Source: Planctomycetota bacterium (GTDB lineage: Bacteria > Planctomycetota > UBA11346). Taken from it: 64,000 nucleotides of DNA. This document shows positions 8,093 to 17,928 of the stretch, in pieces (position 1 is the stretch's first letter; every line of letters begins with the position of its first letter). The DNA lies in NCBI GenBank assembly GCA_038231435.1, contig JBBRLJ010000003.1, forward strand, positions 64,001 to 128,000. The letters run 5' to 3'. The notes under the pieces are model-generated. The model searched no databases and was not told where the DNA came from. It saw nothing but the letters and a program-made list of their open reading frames with translations. A program made the position numbers and the translations under genes.

Positions 8093-9907
8093 TTATTTGC
8101 CGGAGAGGGCCAGGGGCTTCTTGAAATAGGTGGTGGCGCGGGAGCGGAAGTAGCCGCCGTCGTCGTCGGCGTTGAGGGACTTGAGGCCCTTCGCGCCGGC
8201 CGGATTGGTGATGCCGTCCTTGCAGGCGTCGTCGGGAAAGGTCGAGTCGCCCATGGTGCCGCCGAAGAGGTAGCCGATGACGCCGGCCGAAGCCCACTCG
8301 GCGAGGTGGTGGTTCGACGGATAGCCTTCGAGGAAATACGGCGCGGTGGTGTCCTGGAAGTGCCCGGGGGTGTTGTCGCACGCGGCCATGATGGTGTTGC
8401 CGTACGGAAGCTGCCAGAGCATGATCGGCAGCTTGGTGATGCGGTGGATGTCCTCGCACCAGGCGCGGAACGAGGCGAAGGCGGCTTCGGACTGGTAGGC
8501 GTCGGCGCCGGCCGTCTTGTGGAAGACCTTCCAGCCGGCGTCGCGGTCGCTGGTGTCGGCGAAGACCAGATCCCACTGGCCGCACTTCATGCAGAAATCG
8601 GCCGAGGCCTGTCCGGTGGGATTGCCCCACTTCGAACCATGCCAGGCCAGCAGCACGTTGGGCGCGAGCTTGTCGCGCAGCATCGCGATCGCCTTGCCGA
8701 GATCGGCGGCGGTGTCGCCGAGCTTGGCGAAATCGGCGATGCCGGTCGAACGCACCATGACGCGCACCTGGGTCGGGTCGTTGGGCTTGAAGATCGGATC
8801 GATCTGCATGTAGCCCCACATGTCCGGCTCGACGTGCAGGATCGCCGGTTTCTTGACTTCGGCGGCCTTGGTGAAGAACAGCGCGAGTCCTTCGAAGTAC
8901 GCCTTCATGGTCTCGGGCGTCTCGCAATTGCGCTTGTTCTGTGCGGCCTCGCTGCCGGTGCCGGCGCCGGGCGAGGACTGCATCATCTGGTACCAGGTGA
9001 AGACCGGGATCATGCCCAGCTTCTCGGACTCGTGGCAATAGTTGCTGACGAAGGATCCCGCGGGCTGATCCCAATCCTTCCAGGTCCTGCCGACGTTGGC
9101 GCCGCCTGAGAGGTACTGGTAGCGCATGTCCCAGGGCATTCCCTGCTGCGCCGTGGCCACGACCCACTTGTCGTACGGAGCGCTGGAGACGCCGAGCATG
9201 ACTGCGCGCTTCCCCAGCCGACGCAGCACCGCCGCGGTCGAGGCATCCGCGCGCGCAGTCGGTTCAGGTCCGGCGACGGGCGCAGCGGTGGCCTCCTTCA
9301 CCGGCGCGGCTTCGGCCTGCATGCGTTTCAGCTCAGCTTGGGCGGCCAGATACGATCCATCGGAGGAGAGGCTGGGATCGAGCTCGAGCGCGCGATGCAG
9401 ACGCGTGTCGGCCTCGGGCAGCAGGGATCGAGCCAGGCAATAGCGGCCGAGCTTGAGCTGCGACCGGGCATCGTCCGCTGGCAGATACGCGACGCCGAGA
9501 TGGAGGCCGAGCGCGGGATCCATCTTGCGCCAGCCCGCCCACGCGAGCGTCATGTCAGGGCCATTGGTGATCGCGACGCCGAGCATCTTCTCGTCGGCGG
9601 ACGCGACACGTCCCTGCGCGCGAGCGCCATCGACCAGCACCGTCACCCATTCCCGCTTTCCGGCGGCCACCGAGGCGATGACCAGCTTCTGGACCGTCGC
9701 ATCCAGCGCGTCCGCCTCATCGACCGTGACGCGATCGCTCGCAACCGGCGCGACGACCACGGCCGGAGGCTCGGCGCTCGGTGGCGGCGCCGTGCGACCC
9801 TCCTGCGCCGTAAGCGCCGGGGCCAGGCACACGAGCAGTGCGGCGGCCAGACCAAGCGACCGGTGGACCAAGGCACGAGGAAATACGATTTTCATGCGGT
9901 GCGTCAT
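8093..9907 (-). CDS. Secreted protein: signal peptide, helical/TPR-like region and C-terminal putative glycoside hydrolase (TIM-barrel-like) domain
   Basis: Signal peptide LGLAAALLVCLAPALTA-QE; C-terminal motifs RYQYLSGG, IPVFTWYQ, LHVEPDMWGY, DTSDRDAG, LWQLPYGN, DDDGGYF. Start may instead be 9895. Confidence 0.65.
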   Translation of the reverse strand: MTHRMKIVFPRALVHRSLGLAAALLVCLAPALTAQEGRTAPPPSAEPPAVVVAPVASDRVTVDEADALDATVQKLVIASVAAGKREWVTVLVDGARAQGRVASADEKMLGVAITNGPDMTLAWAGWRKMDPALGLHLGVAYLPADDARSQLKLGRYCLARSLLPEADTRLHRALELDPSLSSDGSYLAAQAELKRMQAEAAPVKEATAAPVAGPEPTARADASTAAVLRRLGKRAVMLGVSSAPYDKWVVATAQQGMPWDMRYQYLSGGANVGRTWKDWDQPAGSFVSNYCHESEKLGMIPVFTWYQMMQSSPGAGTGSEAAQNKRNCETPETMKAYFEGLALFFTKAAEVKKPAILHVEPDMWGYMQIDPIFKPNDPTQVRVMVRSTGIADFAKLGDTAADLGKAIAMLRDKLAPNVLLAWHGSKWGNPTGQASADFCMKCGQWDLVFADTSDRDAGWKVFHKTAGADAYQSEAAFASFRAWCEDIHRITKLPIMLWQLPYGNTIMAACDNTPGHFQDTTAPYFLEGYPSNHHLAEWASAGVIGYLFGGTMGDSTFPDDACKDGITNPAGAKGLKSLNADDDGGYFRSRATTYFKKPLALSGK

Positions 9908-10065
9908 GCAGAATCTATGCTGAACGCAGCATAGCGCCGCCGGTTCACCGCCAAGCGCCATCGATTTCGGCAGCCGCCGCTCACCCCATCGTGGACACAT
10001 CCACGCCAGCAGGCGCGGCATGCTGCCGGCGCGGCCTATCGGAGAGCGCGCCGACGCGGAGCCCG

Positions 10066-11598
10066 TCAGTGCGTGGTCGAAGCCGCGCCCGATGCCAGGC
10101 GCAGGCTGTCGACCCACACCGTCCCCAGTCCGAGACCGTCGATGCGGATCGCCGACACCGACGCGCCGCCGGGAATCGCCGCTCCGGATGACGAGATGAA
10201 ATCGGCGGCGCGCAGGTCGAGCCGCACCCAGCCGTTCTCGGTACCCACATCGGCCACGTTCGCCCTCCAGGCCTGGCCGTTTGCCTCCATCTGCACCACC
10301 ATGCCGCCAGCATGTTCGCTGCGCGCCCGCACACGCAGAACGAAATCGGCAGGAGCGATGAACAGCCACGGCTGCGAGCTCTTCGCGGCGACACTCAAGC
10401 TGGTGTCGGTAGCCGCCCCGGCGTCGTGCCCGGCCGCAGCCACCGAGGCGAGCGCCTTGCCGCCATCCGGCGCCGAAGCCATGGTGCCGCTGGTGACGAT
10501 CCAGGTTCCGCCTCCACCGCCGAAGCCGCAATCCCACAACACTCCGGTGCCGGCCGCGTCGGAGCGCTGGCCGAGCCAGAGCTCGCTCTTGGCGATGCTG
10601 GTCGGAGCGAGCGGCGCAGAGCCCTTGGCGATGACGCATTCCTGCAGCGTCGACACCGGACGCGAGCCAGCCGCATTGCCGACCTCGACGGTGCCGTCCT
10701 CCATGCGCACCAGCGTGCGCTCGGATTCCGCAGTGAGATCGAAACGCGTGCCGGTGATGCGCACGTCCGCGGAAGGAGTTTCGATGGTCAAGCGCGCCGC
10801 GGTTCCCGCGACATGTGACGCAGATTTGTCGACCGAGGCGAAGAGACGTCCGGCGGACACCGAGATCCTCGTCTGCTCGCGCAGGTCGCACTGCGTGCCT
10901 GGAGCGAGATCGAGGGTCGCGCCGAGGTTGAGTGACAGGCCGACACAGGTCTCGGGGGCGGAATCGCGGAGACCGCCGCTGTCGATGTGGTCGCCAGGGA
11001 GCAGCTGCTGGCCCATGCTCAACGGCTCGGAGGCGCCGTTGGGCCTGATCAGGCGTGGGAGCGGGGCGCCGTGGACGCGCGCGCCGAGGAATACCACGGT
11101 TGCGATCGGCGCATGGGGCGAGGCCGGCCCTTGGGCGACGTTGGATCCGGCGCCGGGTTTGGTCCCCTTCACGAGCATGGGGACCGACAGCGTGGCGATG
11201 AGCAGCGCGGCCGCGGCGGCCGCCGCCGTCCACCACCCGGCGGCGACACGGCGCGGACGCTCGTTCGACCGCTTCGGCTGCAGGGCAGGCGATGGCCGTG
11301 AGGGCGGAGCCAGCGCTGGGATGTCGCGTTCACTGGGCGAGACGTACGCGGCGATGCGCTCGCTCATCGATAGGTGCTTCACCGAATCGGCATTGCCCTG
11401 GGCGCGAGTGAGCTGGCGCAGCTGCTGCTCGAACCTGGTGGCGCTGGCGAAGCGCCGCGCGGCGCCGGCATCGGCGGCGAGCGTGCGATCGAGCTCCTCC
11501 CATTCGCCATCGTCGAGCGCGCGGTCGAGGTACTTGGCGATCAGCTCGCCGAGACGATCCTGGGCGAAGGCTTCTGGTGTCATGGCGTTCCGGTTCAT
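10066..11598 (-). CDS. FecR-domain anti-sigma factor with C-terminal carbohydrate-binding-like beta-sandwich
   Basis: N-terminal LIAKYLD...EELDRTL anti-sigma helices, TM segment, FecR motif IETPSADVRITGTRF...EDGTVEV, and C-terminal GWVRLDLRAADF...VWVDSLRL. ATGA overlap with the sigma gene. Confidence 0.85.
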   Translation of the reverse strand: MNRNAMTPEAFAQDRLGELIAKYLDRALDDGEWEELDRTLAADAGAARRFASATRFEQQLRQLTRAQGNADSVKHLSMSERIAAYVSPSERDIPALAPPSRPSPALQPKRSNERPRRVAAGWWTAAAAAAALLIATLSVPMLVKGTKPGAGSNVAQGPASPHAPIATVVFLGARVHGAPLPRLIRPNGASEPLSMGQQLLPGDHIDSGGLRDSAPETCVGLSLNLGATLDLAPGTQCDLREQTRISVSAGRLFASVDKSASHVAGTAARLTIETPSADVRITGTRFDLTAESERTLVRMEDGTVEVGNAAGSRPVSTLQECVIAKGSAPLAPTSIAKSELWLGQRSDAAGTGVLWDCGFGGGGGTWIVTSGTMASAPDGGKALASVAAAGHDAGAATDTSLSVAAKSSQPWLFIAPADFVLRVRARSEHAGGMVVQMEANGQAWRANVADVGTENGWVRLDLRAADFISSSGAAIPGGASVSAIRIDGLGLGTVWVDSLRLASGAASTTH

Positions 11599-12203
11599 GG
11601 CGTCGCCGCCCCTGGGCTCATGCGGTTGCGCACGCAGCGTTCGAGCGACGAGCGCAACCGCAGCAGGGCTTTGGTGACGGCCGCGAGGCTGCGCTCGCTG
11701 CGGGTGGCGACCTCTTCGAGGGGCAGGGATTCCTGATAGCGCAAATCGAGCAGCTTGCGCGAGGCGGGATCGAGCGAGCGCAGGCACAGCTGCAGCGCTT
11801 CGAGCTGCGGTGACCCTGGCGCCTCGACCTCTTCATAGGCGGCCGCGACCGACTCGATCGCCTCGGGCGAGAGCATGCGCCCGCCCTGGCGTTGGCGCTC
11901 GCGGTCTTTGAGGATCTTGCGCGCCGCGATGCCGCGCGCCCAGGCTCCGAACGAATGGCTCGGATCGTACTCGGCGAAGCGGCGCCACAGCACCAGCGAG
12001 ACCTCCTGCACGATGTCGTCGGCGCGATTCCAATCCTGCACCACCGACACCACGAAGGCCTGCAGGTCACCCTGGTGCTTGAGGAACATGCTGACGAACC
12101 GCTCCTGATCCGGGGCCTGTCCCGTCGAGGGGCCGACGCCCTGAACCGGAAGATCCGGATCGGTCCCGGATAAAGGACGGGGAAAAGGGATGGGGTCGGT
12201 CAT
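11595..12203 (-). CDS. ECF sigma-70 factor (Rhodopirellula/Verrucomicrobium type)
   Basis: ADDIVQEVSLVLWRRFAEYD...FGAWARGIA (region 2) and LLDLRYQESLPLEEVA...AVTKALLRLRSSLERCV (region 4). Confidence 0.92.
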   Translation of the reverse strand: MTDPIPFPRPLSGTDPDLPVQGVGPSTGQAPDQERFVSMFLKHQGDLQAFVVSVVQDWNRADDIVQEVSLVLWRRFAEYDPSHSFGAWARGIAARKILKDRERQRQGGRMLSPEAIESVAAAYEEVEAPGSPQLEALQLCLRSLDPASRKLLDLRYQESLPLEEVATRSERSLAAVTKALLRLRSSLERCVRNRMSPGAATP

Positions 12204-12227
12204 AGGGTCGGGTCGGTCATAGGGTCG
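12194..12227. repeat. Perfect 17-bp tandem duplication spanning the sigma start codon
   Basis: GGTCGGTCATAGGGTCG x2 (12194-12210 and 12211-12227). Confidence 0.9.
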
Positions 12228-12582
12228 GGGCGTGCTGGTTCTTCCGCCACTCCTTCCCGACACGGGTCCGGGATCGGACATCATTCTGTGGACACAAACC
12301 CTTGCGCTAGCGACGCCTGCAACATATGGCGAGACCATGTCACCCGGTCACCCGGGCATCGCTGCACGGGCCGCGGGCGGAGGTGAACGAGGGGTTGCGC
12401 ACCCATCAGGTCCAAGCCCATGGCTGGCAAGGCTTACCAGAAGTCTACCACGAGAAGCGGGGTGCTGCGTCAGACATCTCGGCTGCCGACGCAGACATGG
12501 CCCGGGACGGGTCGGCGGACATATGATCACCCTCCCACCTCGACCCACCCCACCAGCGGCACTGCCGCACGGAGCACTTCAC

Positions 12583-13701
12583 ATGGCGGCCAAGACCCTG
12601 CGCATCGGACTCATCGGCACGGGCGGCATCATGCGCGGCGCGCACATGCCCGGCTGGCAACTGGCCAAGGACTGCCAGATCGTCGCCGCCTGCGACAGCA
12701 ACGGTGAGACCGCCGAGAAGTTCGCCAAGGACTTCAACGTCGCGCGCGTGTCCACCGACGCGCTCGAGATCGCGCAGGCGAAGGACGTCGACGTCGTCGA
12801 CATCTGCACGCCCAACCGCGCGCACACCCCGGCCGTGTTGGCCGCGCTCGCCGCCGGCAAGCACGTGATCTGCGAGAAGCCACTTGCGGTCACCACCGCA
12901 GAGGTCCGCGAGATGGCGGCGGCGGCGAAGAAGTCGGGCACCATCCTGATGACCGCCCAGCATTTCCGCTTCAGCCCGCGCGTGGTCGCGCTCAAGCGCT
13001 TCGTCGACGCCGGCTCGGTGGGCGAGGTCTACCACGCGCGCGTGCATGCGGTGCGCCGCAACTGGCTGCCCACCAGCCCGACCTTTATCGACGATGCGAT
13101 CAGCGGCGGCGGCCCGTGCATGGACATCGGCGTCCACGCCCTGGACACCGCGATGTACCTCATGGGTTTCCCCAAGCCGGTGCGCGTCTCGGGTACCACC
13201 ATGGTCAACTTCGCCAAGGGCGATGTGATCCCGGGCGCGTGGGGCGAGTGGGACCGCGCGCGCTTCACCGTCGAGGACTTCGCCTCGGGATTCGTCCACT
13301 TCGACAACGGCGCCACCATGGTCATCGAGGCGGCCTGGCTCCAGCACCAGAAGGAGAGCGAGGATTTCAGCGCTCGGCTCTTCGGTCGCAAGGCGAGCAT
13401 CAGCTGGCCGACCGGCGAGTATTCGAGCACCCTCAATCGCGCGCTGATCGACGGCGTGGTCGCCGAGGAGAACGGCCTGAAGGCCGCCCACAGCCAGGAG
13501 ATCCTCGCCTTCATCGACGCAATCCGCGCCGGCAAGCCGTCGCCGGTGCCGGTCGAACAGACCCTGTCGGTGATCTCGATCCTCGAGGGCATCGTCCAGT
13601 CCGGTAAGAGTGGGCGCGAGATCGTGCTCGGCTCGGCGCCGGCAGCCGCCTCCCATACCGCGACTAGCGCGACCACCACGGCCAAGGCCGGGAAGAAGTG
13701 A
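12583..13701 (+). CDS. Gfo/Idh/MocA family oxidoreductase
   Basis: RIGLIGTGG, DVVDICTPN..H, GKHVICEKP, GGGPCMDIGVH. GGAG RBS. Confidence 0.94.
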   Translation: MAAKTLRIGLIGTGGIMRGAHMPGWQLAKDCQIVAACDSNGETAEKFAKDFNVARVSTDALEIAQAKDVDVVDICTPNRAHTPAVLAALAAGKHVICEKPLAVTTAEVREMAAAAKKSGTILMTAQHFRFSPRVVALKRFVDAGSVGEVYHARVHAVRRNWLPTSPTFIDDAISGGGPCMDIGVHALDTAMYLMGFPKPVRVSGTTMVNFAKGDVIPGAWGEWDRARFTVEDFASGFVHFDNGATMVIEAAWLQHQKESEDFSARLFGRKASISWPTGEYSSTLNRALIDGVVAEENGLKAAHSQEILAFIDAIRAGKPSPVPVEQTLSVISILEGIVQSGKSGREIVLGSAPAAASHTATSATTTAKAGKK

Positions 13702-14747
13702 CCATGAAACCCATCAACATCGCCATCCTCTCCACCGCCCACATCCACACCAAGGGCTTCATCGACAATCTCAAGAAGGGCGCCGATGGCCGCAAGGCCT
13801 ACGCGGTGTGGGACGACGTCGCCGATCGCGGCAAGCGCTACGCCGCCGATTGCGGCGCCACCTTCGTCGCCGACCTCGCCGCGCTGATCAAGGATCCGCA
13901 GGTCGACGGCTTCCTGATCTGCGCCGAGAATACCCGCCACCTGCGCCTGCTCGAGCAGGCGCTGCCATCGGGCAAGCCGGTATTCTGCGAGAAGCCACTG
14001 GTCACCAGCGTCGCGGATCTCGCGACGGTGCGCGAGCTCGTGGCCCGCTACAAGGCCACGCTGTTCTGCGGCTACTTCCAGCCCTTCGGCGGCATCATGC
14101 GCGCCATCGCGGCGAAGATCGCCGAAGGCGGCTTCGGCACCATCACCCATGTGCGCTTCCGCAACGCCCACCACGCCGCCTACGGACGGTGGTTCGACAA
14201 TCCGGATCTCGCCTGGTTCACCGATCCAGCGCTCGCCGGCGGTGGCGCGTTCATGGACATGGGCACGCACGCGATCCATCTGCTGCGCACGCTGTTCGGA
14301 CCGGTCGAGTCGGTGTGGGCGACGATCGCCAACCGCTGCGGCGCGTACCCGCAGGTCGACGACTTCGGCATCGCCCAGCTGCGCTTCGCACCATCGGCGT
14401 CATCCCCGAAAGGCATTCTCGGCACTGTCGAAGCGGGATGGATCCATCAGGGCGGTCCAGGGGGTCTCGAGATCCAGGGTTCGCAGCTCGCGTTGTGGGA
14501 TGCCGGCAAGGGCTACGTGTGGGGCAAGCCCGGACAGGATGCGACTCCGGTCACCGCGCTCCCCGATGCTCCCGCCTGCGTCGATCGCCTGATCGCTGCC
14601 ATCCAGGGCAAGATCGCCGCTCCTGACTTGGCGCGAGATCTCGAAGCGTGCATGGACGCGGTCGCGATCATGGAAGCGGCCTACACCGCGAACGCTACTG
14701 GGGCGTGGGCTCAGGTCGGCGCCAAAGCCAAGACTGCTCTTGGTTAG
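13698..14747 (+). CDS. Gfo/Idh/MocA family oxidoreductase
   Basis: IAILSTAHIH, GKPVFCEKP, WFTDPALAGGGAFMDMGTH. GTGA overlap with the upstream gene; alternative ATG at 13704. Confidence 0.92.
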   Translation: MTMKPINIAILSTAHIHTKGFIDNLKKGADGRKAYAVWDDVADRGKRYAADCGATFVADLAALIKDPQVDGFLICAENTRHLRLLEQALPSGKPVFCEKPLVTSVADLATVRELVARYKATLFCGYFQPFGGIMRAIAAKIAEGGFGTITHVRFRNAHHAAYGRWFDNPDLAWFTDPALAGGGAFMDMGTHAIHLLRTLFGPVESVWATIANRCGAYPQVDDFGIAQLRFAPSASSPKGILGTVEAGWIHQGGPGGLEIQGSQLALWDAGKGYVWGKPGQDATPVTALPDAPACVDRLIAAIQGKIAAPDLARDLEACMDAVAIMEAAYTANATGAWAQVGAKAKTALG

Positions 14748-14804
14748 GGGGTACGGAAGCCCAACTGGCCTCCGGCCTGCCCCCCAGGCAGCAGGATGAA
14801 TCAC

Positions 14805-14844
14805 AATGAAAGAAGGCGCTCGGATCCGAGCGCCTTCTTTCATT
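14805..14844. terminator. Bidirectional intrinsic terminator (perfect 40-bp palindrome)
   Basis: AATGAAAGAAGGCGCTCGGA|TCCGAGCGCCTTCTTTCATT lies between convergent genes. Confidence 0.8.
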
Positions 14845-17752
14845 ATTTGTCTTTGACGATTTCCAGGCCGGGGATCGCGCCCACCGGCGTGTAGTCGGTG
14901 ATGCGTTTGCATTCGGTCACGATCAGGCGCTTGAGCGGCGTGCCCTGCAGGCCCTCGAGCGACAGCAGGTTCGGACAGTTGCGCAGCTGCAGAGTCTTGA
15001 GCGGCATGCCGGCGAGAGCCGATAGATCCCCCTGCAGCGCATCGCACGAGGTGATCTCGAGCGAGCCGAGCTGGTTGCCCTGCAGACCGTTGAGCGACAC
15101 CACTCCGTCGCAGCGCATCATCACCAGGTGCTTCAAGCGCATGCCGGAAAGCGCCGAGAGGTCGCCCTTGAGCGACGAGCAGCGCGACAGATCGAGATCA
15201 CCGAGCGCCATGCCCTGGATCCCGTCGAGGCTGGGCAGGCGCTTGCAGCCCTCGAGCCCGAGACGCGTCAGCTTCAGCCCTTTCAGAGGCGCCAGGCTGG
15301 TGAGCGCTTCGCACAGGGTGAGATCGAGCTGCGTGAGCGGCATGCCCTGCACTCCGTCCAAACTGGAGATGCGCGAGCAGCGCAGCAAGCAGAGCTGCGT
15401 GAGCGGCATGCCCTTCAGCGCGAGGATGTTCGGCAGCTTGCGGCAATCGGTGAGATCGAGGGTGGTCAGGCGCATGCCTGCGATGCCGTCGAGCGCGGCG
15501 ATGCTCCGGCAACCCGCGAGGTGCAGCTCGGTCACGCCGATCGATTTGAGCGGAGACAGATCCTCGAGCGATTCGCAGTTGGTCAGATCCAGAGCCTCGA
15601 GCGGCAAGCCCTCGATACCCTTGAGGTCAGCGAGGCTGGTGCAGCCCCGCAGCGAGAGCACGTGCAACGGCGCACCCTTGAGCGCGGCCAGGCCGCCAGA
15701 AAGCCGGGTACAGCCTTCGCATTCGAGGCGCGAGACCGGCAGGCCGCGCAATCCGGCGAGATCCTTCATCGCCGGATCGACCTGCACGGCGAGCGTGTTG
15801 TCTCCGGCGTTCTCGACCAGGGCGATGAACTTGCGGTCGTGCAGGAGCGCGCGCGCGTTGATCGACACTGCCGGATCCAGGACCACCGGCTTGGGCTTGG
15901 CCGCCGGCTTGGGCTTGGGTGGCGCCGGCTTGGCCACTGGTGGTGGCTCGACCGGCGTCTCGACCACCGGCGGCGGATCGGGAATGCGCGCGACCGGCGG
16001 ACTCACCACCGGCGGACTCGCGACTGGCGGAGAGGCCACGGGCGCCACCGGCTCGGGATCCTTCGCCACCACTTTCGCAACCACCACAGTGGGCGGCGGA
16101 TCCGGCTCGACCGGCGCGGCCGGCTTGGGCTCTGGCTGCCTGACGGGATCGGGCCTGGCCTCGACCACCGGCTCGGGCCGCTTGACGGCAACCGGTTCCG
16201 GTGGAACGACTGGCTCGGGATCCGCGTACACCGGTTCAGGGCGCTTGATGGCAACTGGTTCTGGCGGCTTCACCTCGACCACCCGACCAGGAGGCGTCCG
16301 TTCGGGAGCCACGGCCGTGACGATCCCCGGAGAGGCCGGACCTGACGCGGAAACGCCGGCTTCGACCACCGCGCCACCCTCGTGGGCCTGATGCCGCCGC
16401 GCGCGATGGATGCCAAACGCCGAGAGCGCTGCGACCACGAGCAGCACCGCCACCAGCGCCAGCTTCGTGCGGCGCTTGGGCTGCGCCTGCTCGCCGCTCG
16501 CGGCGGCGGATCCGACGGGAGCGGACGCGGCCGCGCCGGACGATGGAGTCGCCTTGGCCTGCGCGCGTCCCGGCACGACGGTCGGCATGGTGGCCAGGTG
16601 ATGGTCGACGCCCGAGGCCGGCGATGTGGGGGCGGTGCCGACTCCCGAGGTGATCTGACGATTACCGCCAGGAGAAGCGATCCAGGTCGCCTGCGTGCCG
16701 GGCCGCGGCGGCGCATGCGCGTGCAGCGGATCGCGGCCGGTCAGCACACGCTCGATGTCCTCGATCATCGCCTCGGGATTGGCGTAGCGGCGATCACGAT
16801 CCTTGGCCATGGCGGTGAGGATGATCGCCGCGCATCCATCGGTGACTGCCGAGTGCAGCGAGCGCGGATCGGGAACCGCGTCGTTGATCACCTTGGCGAC
16901 CACGGCGAAGGCGCTGGCGCCCTTGAACGGGATGTCGCCGGTGACCAGCGCGAACATGCTCGCGCCGAGCGCATAGATGTCGGTGCGCAGATCGAGGGTC
17001 GCCTCGCCGCTGGCCTGCTCGGGAGACATGAACGCGGGCGTGCCCATGGCCGCGCCGGTCATGGTCATGCGGTCGTCGCCCGAGGTGGAGCGCGCCAGGC
17101 CGAGGTCCGCGAGCTTGGCGATGCCGTCCTCGGAGATGAAGATGTTGGCGGGCTTGATGTCGCGGTGGATCAGGCCGGCGCGCTTGAGCGCCATCAGGCC
17201 GCGGGCGCAATCGGCGATGATACGCAGCGCGCGCGCTTCATCGAGGCGGTTGCCGGTCTTCTTCGCGAGACCCGCCGCGTCGCCGCCGGTCATCAGCTCG
17301 AGCGCCATGTACAGCCAGCCGTCGGCCTGGCCGACATCGAAGCAGGTGATGACGTTGGGATGGTTCACCGCTCCGGCCGCGCGCGCCTCGCGCAGGAAGC
17401 GGTCGCAGAAGGCGGGATCGGACGCGTACTGCTTGGAGATGACCTTGAGCGCCACCTCGCGGTTCATCGACACCTGCAGCGCGCGGTAGACGGTGCCCAT
17501 GCCGCCTTGGCCGAGCTTGCCGACGATCTTGAAGCCACCGATGGCCTGGGGCTCGCCGGGGGCGGCCCCGCCAGCCAGGCTCTCGACGATGTGCTTGGTC
17601 AAGACGCCCTGCTGGATGAGCAGCGCGGTGGCCGGAGTCTCAGTGGTCCCCCTGCGCATGAACTCGTCGGCCATGGCCGCGGTGATCAGGCCCTTGTCCA
17701 CAGCCGCCTTCAGCACCCGCGATTCGATCTCGGTGGGATTGGACGGTTCCAT
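14843..17752 (-). CDS. Membrane Ser/Thr protein kinase with Pro-rich linker and C-terminal leucine-rich repeats
   Basis: LGQGGMGTVY, VALK, HRDIKPANI, DLGLA, GTPAFMSPEQ; TM LALVAVLLVVAALSAFGI; PEPV repeats; about 13 repeats of GMPLxxLxLxxC. Confidence 0.93.
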   Translation of the reverse strand: MEPSNPTEIESRVLKAAVDKGLITAAMADEFMRRGTTETPATALLIQQGVLTKHIVESLAGGAAPGEPQAIGGFKIVGKLGQGGMGTVYRALQVSMNREVALKVISKQYASDPAFCDRFLREARAAGAVNHPNVITCFDVGQADGWLYMALELMTGGDAAGLAKKTGNRLDEARALRIIADCARGLMALKRAGLIHRDIKPANIFISEDGIAKLADLGLARSTSGDDRMTMTGAAMGTPAFMSPEQASGEATLDLRTDIYALGASMFALVTGDIPFKGASAFAVVAKVINDAVPDPRSLHSAVTDGCAAIILTAMAKDRDRRYANPEAMIEDIERVLTGRDPLHAHAPPRPGTQATWIASPGGNRQITSGVGTAPTSPASGVDHHLATMPTVVPGRAQAKATPSSGAAASAPVGSAAASGEQAQPKRRTKLALVAVLLVVAALSAFGIHRARRHQAHEGGAVVEAGVSASGPASPGIVTAVAPERTPPGRVVEVKPPEPVAIKRPEPVYADPEPVVPPEPVAVKRPEPVVEARPDPVRQPEPKPAAPVEPDPPPTVVVAKVVAKDPEPVAPVASPPVASPPVVSPPVARIPDPPPVVETPVEPPPVAKPAPPKPKPAAKPKPVVLDPAVSINARALLHDRKFIALVENAGDNTLAVQVDPAMKDLAGLRGLPVSRLECEGCTRLSGGLAALKGAPLHVLSLRGCTSLADLKGIEGLPLEALDLTNCESLEDLSPLKSIGVTELHLAGCRSIAALDGIAGMRLTTLDLTDCRKLPNILALKGMPLTQLCLLRCSRISSLDGVQGMPLTQLDLTLCEALTSLAPLKGLKLTRLGLEGCKRLPSLDGIQGMALGDLDLSRCSSLKGDLSALSGMRLKHLVMMRCDGVVSLNGLQGNQLGSLEITSCDALQGDLSALAGMPLKTLQLRNCPNLLSLEGLQGTPLKRLIVTECKRITDYTPVGAIPGLEIVKDK

Positions 17753-17928
17753 GGGCAGCGTGAGTGTAACGGCGGCCTAGTGGAGGAAAACGACGTTTGG
17801 CACTACCGTCGCAACGACCTCGCGGGCAGCGGGCAGCGGAATGGGCGTGGCAGCGGCGTCCGGTAATGATTTCCGTGCCCAAACCCTGGGCCTACACTCC
17901 CTGCCCCGAGATCCCCGCCGAGACGGAC

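Noticed and set aside
9908..11236. 1047-aa ORF 8093-11236, and similar 5' extensions of 379-1770, 21819-25109 and 60457-62934
   Set aside because: The extensions overlap other real genes; internal starts with a signal peptide, RBS or stop-start coupling fit better.
12270..12530. Repeated GACAT motifs in the sigma/oxidoreductase divergent region
   Set aside because: Short, irregularly spaced and without a clear dyad; could be chance.
14860..15760. ~66-bp periodicity resembling a repeat-spacer array
   Set aside because: In-frame leucine-rich repeats of the kinase.
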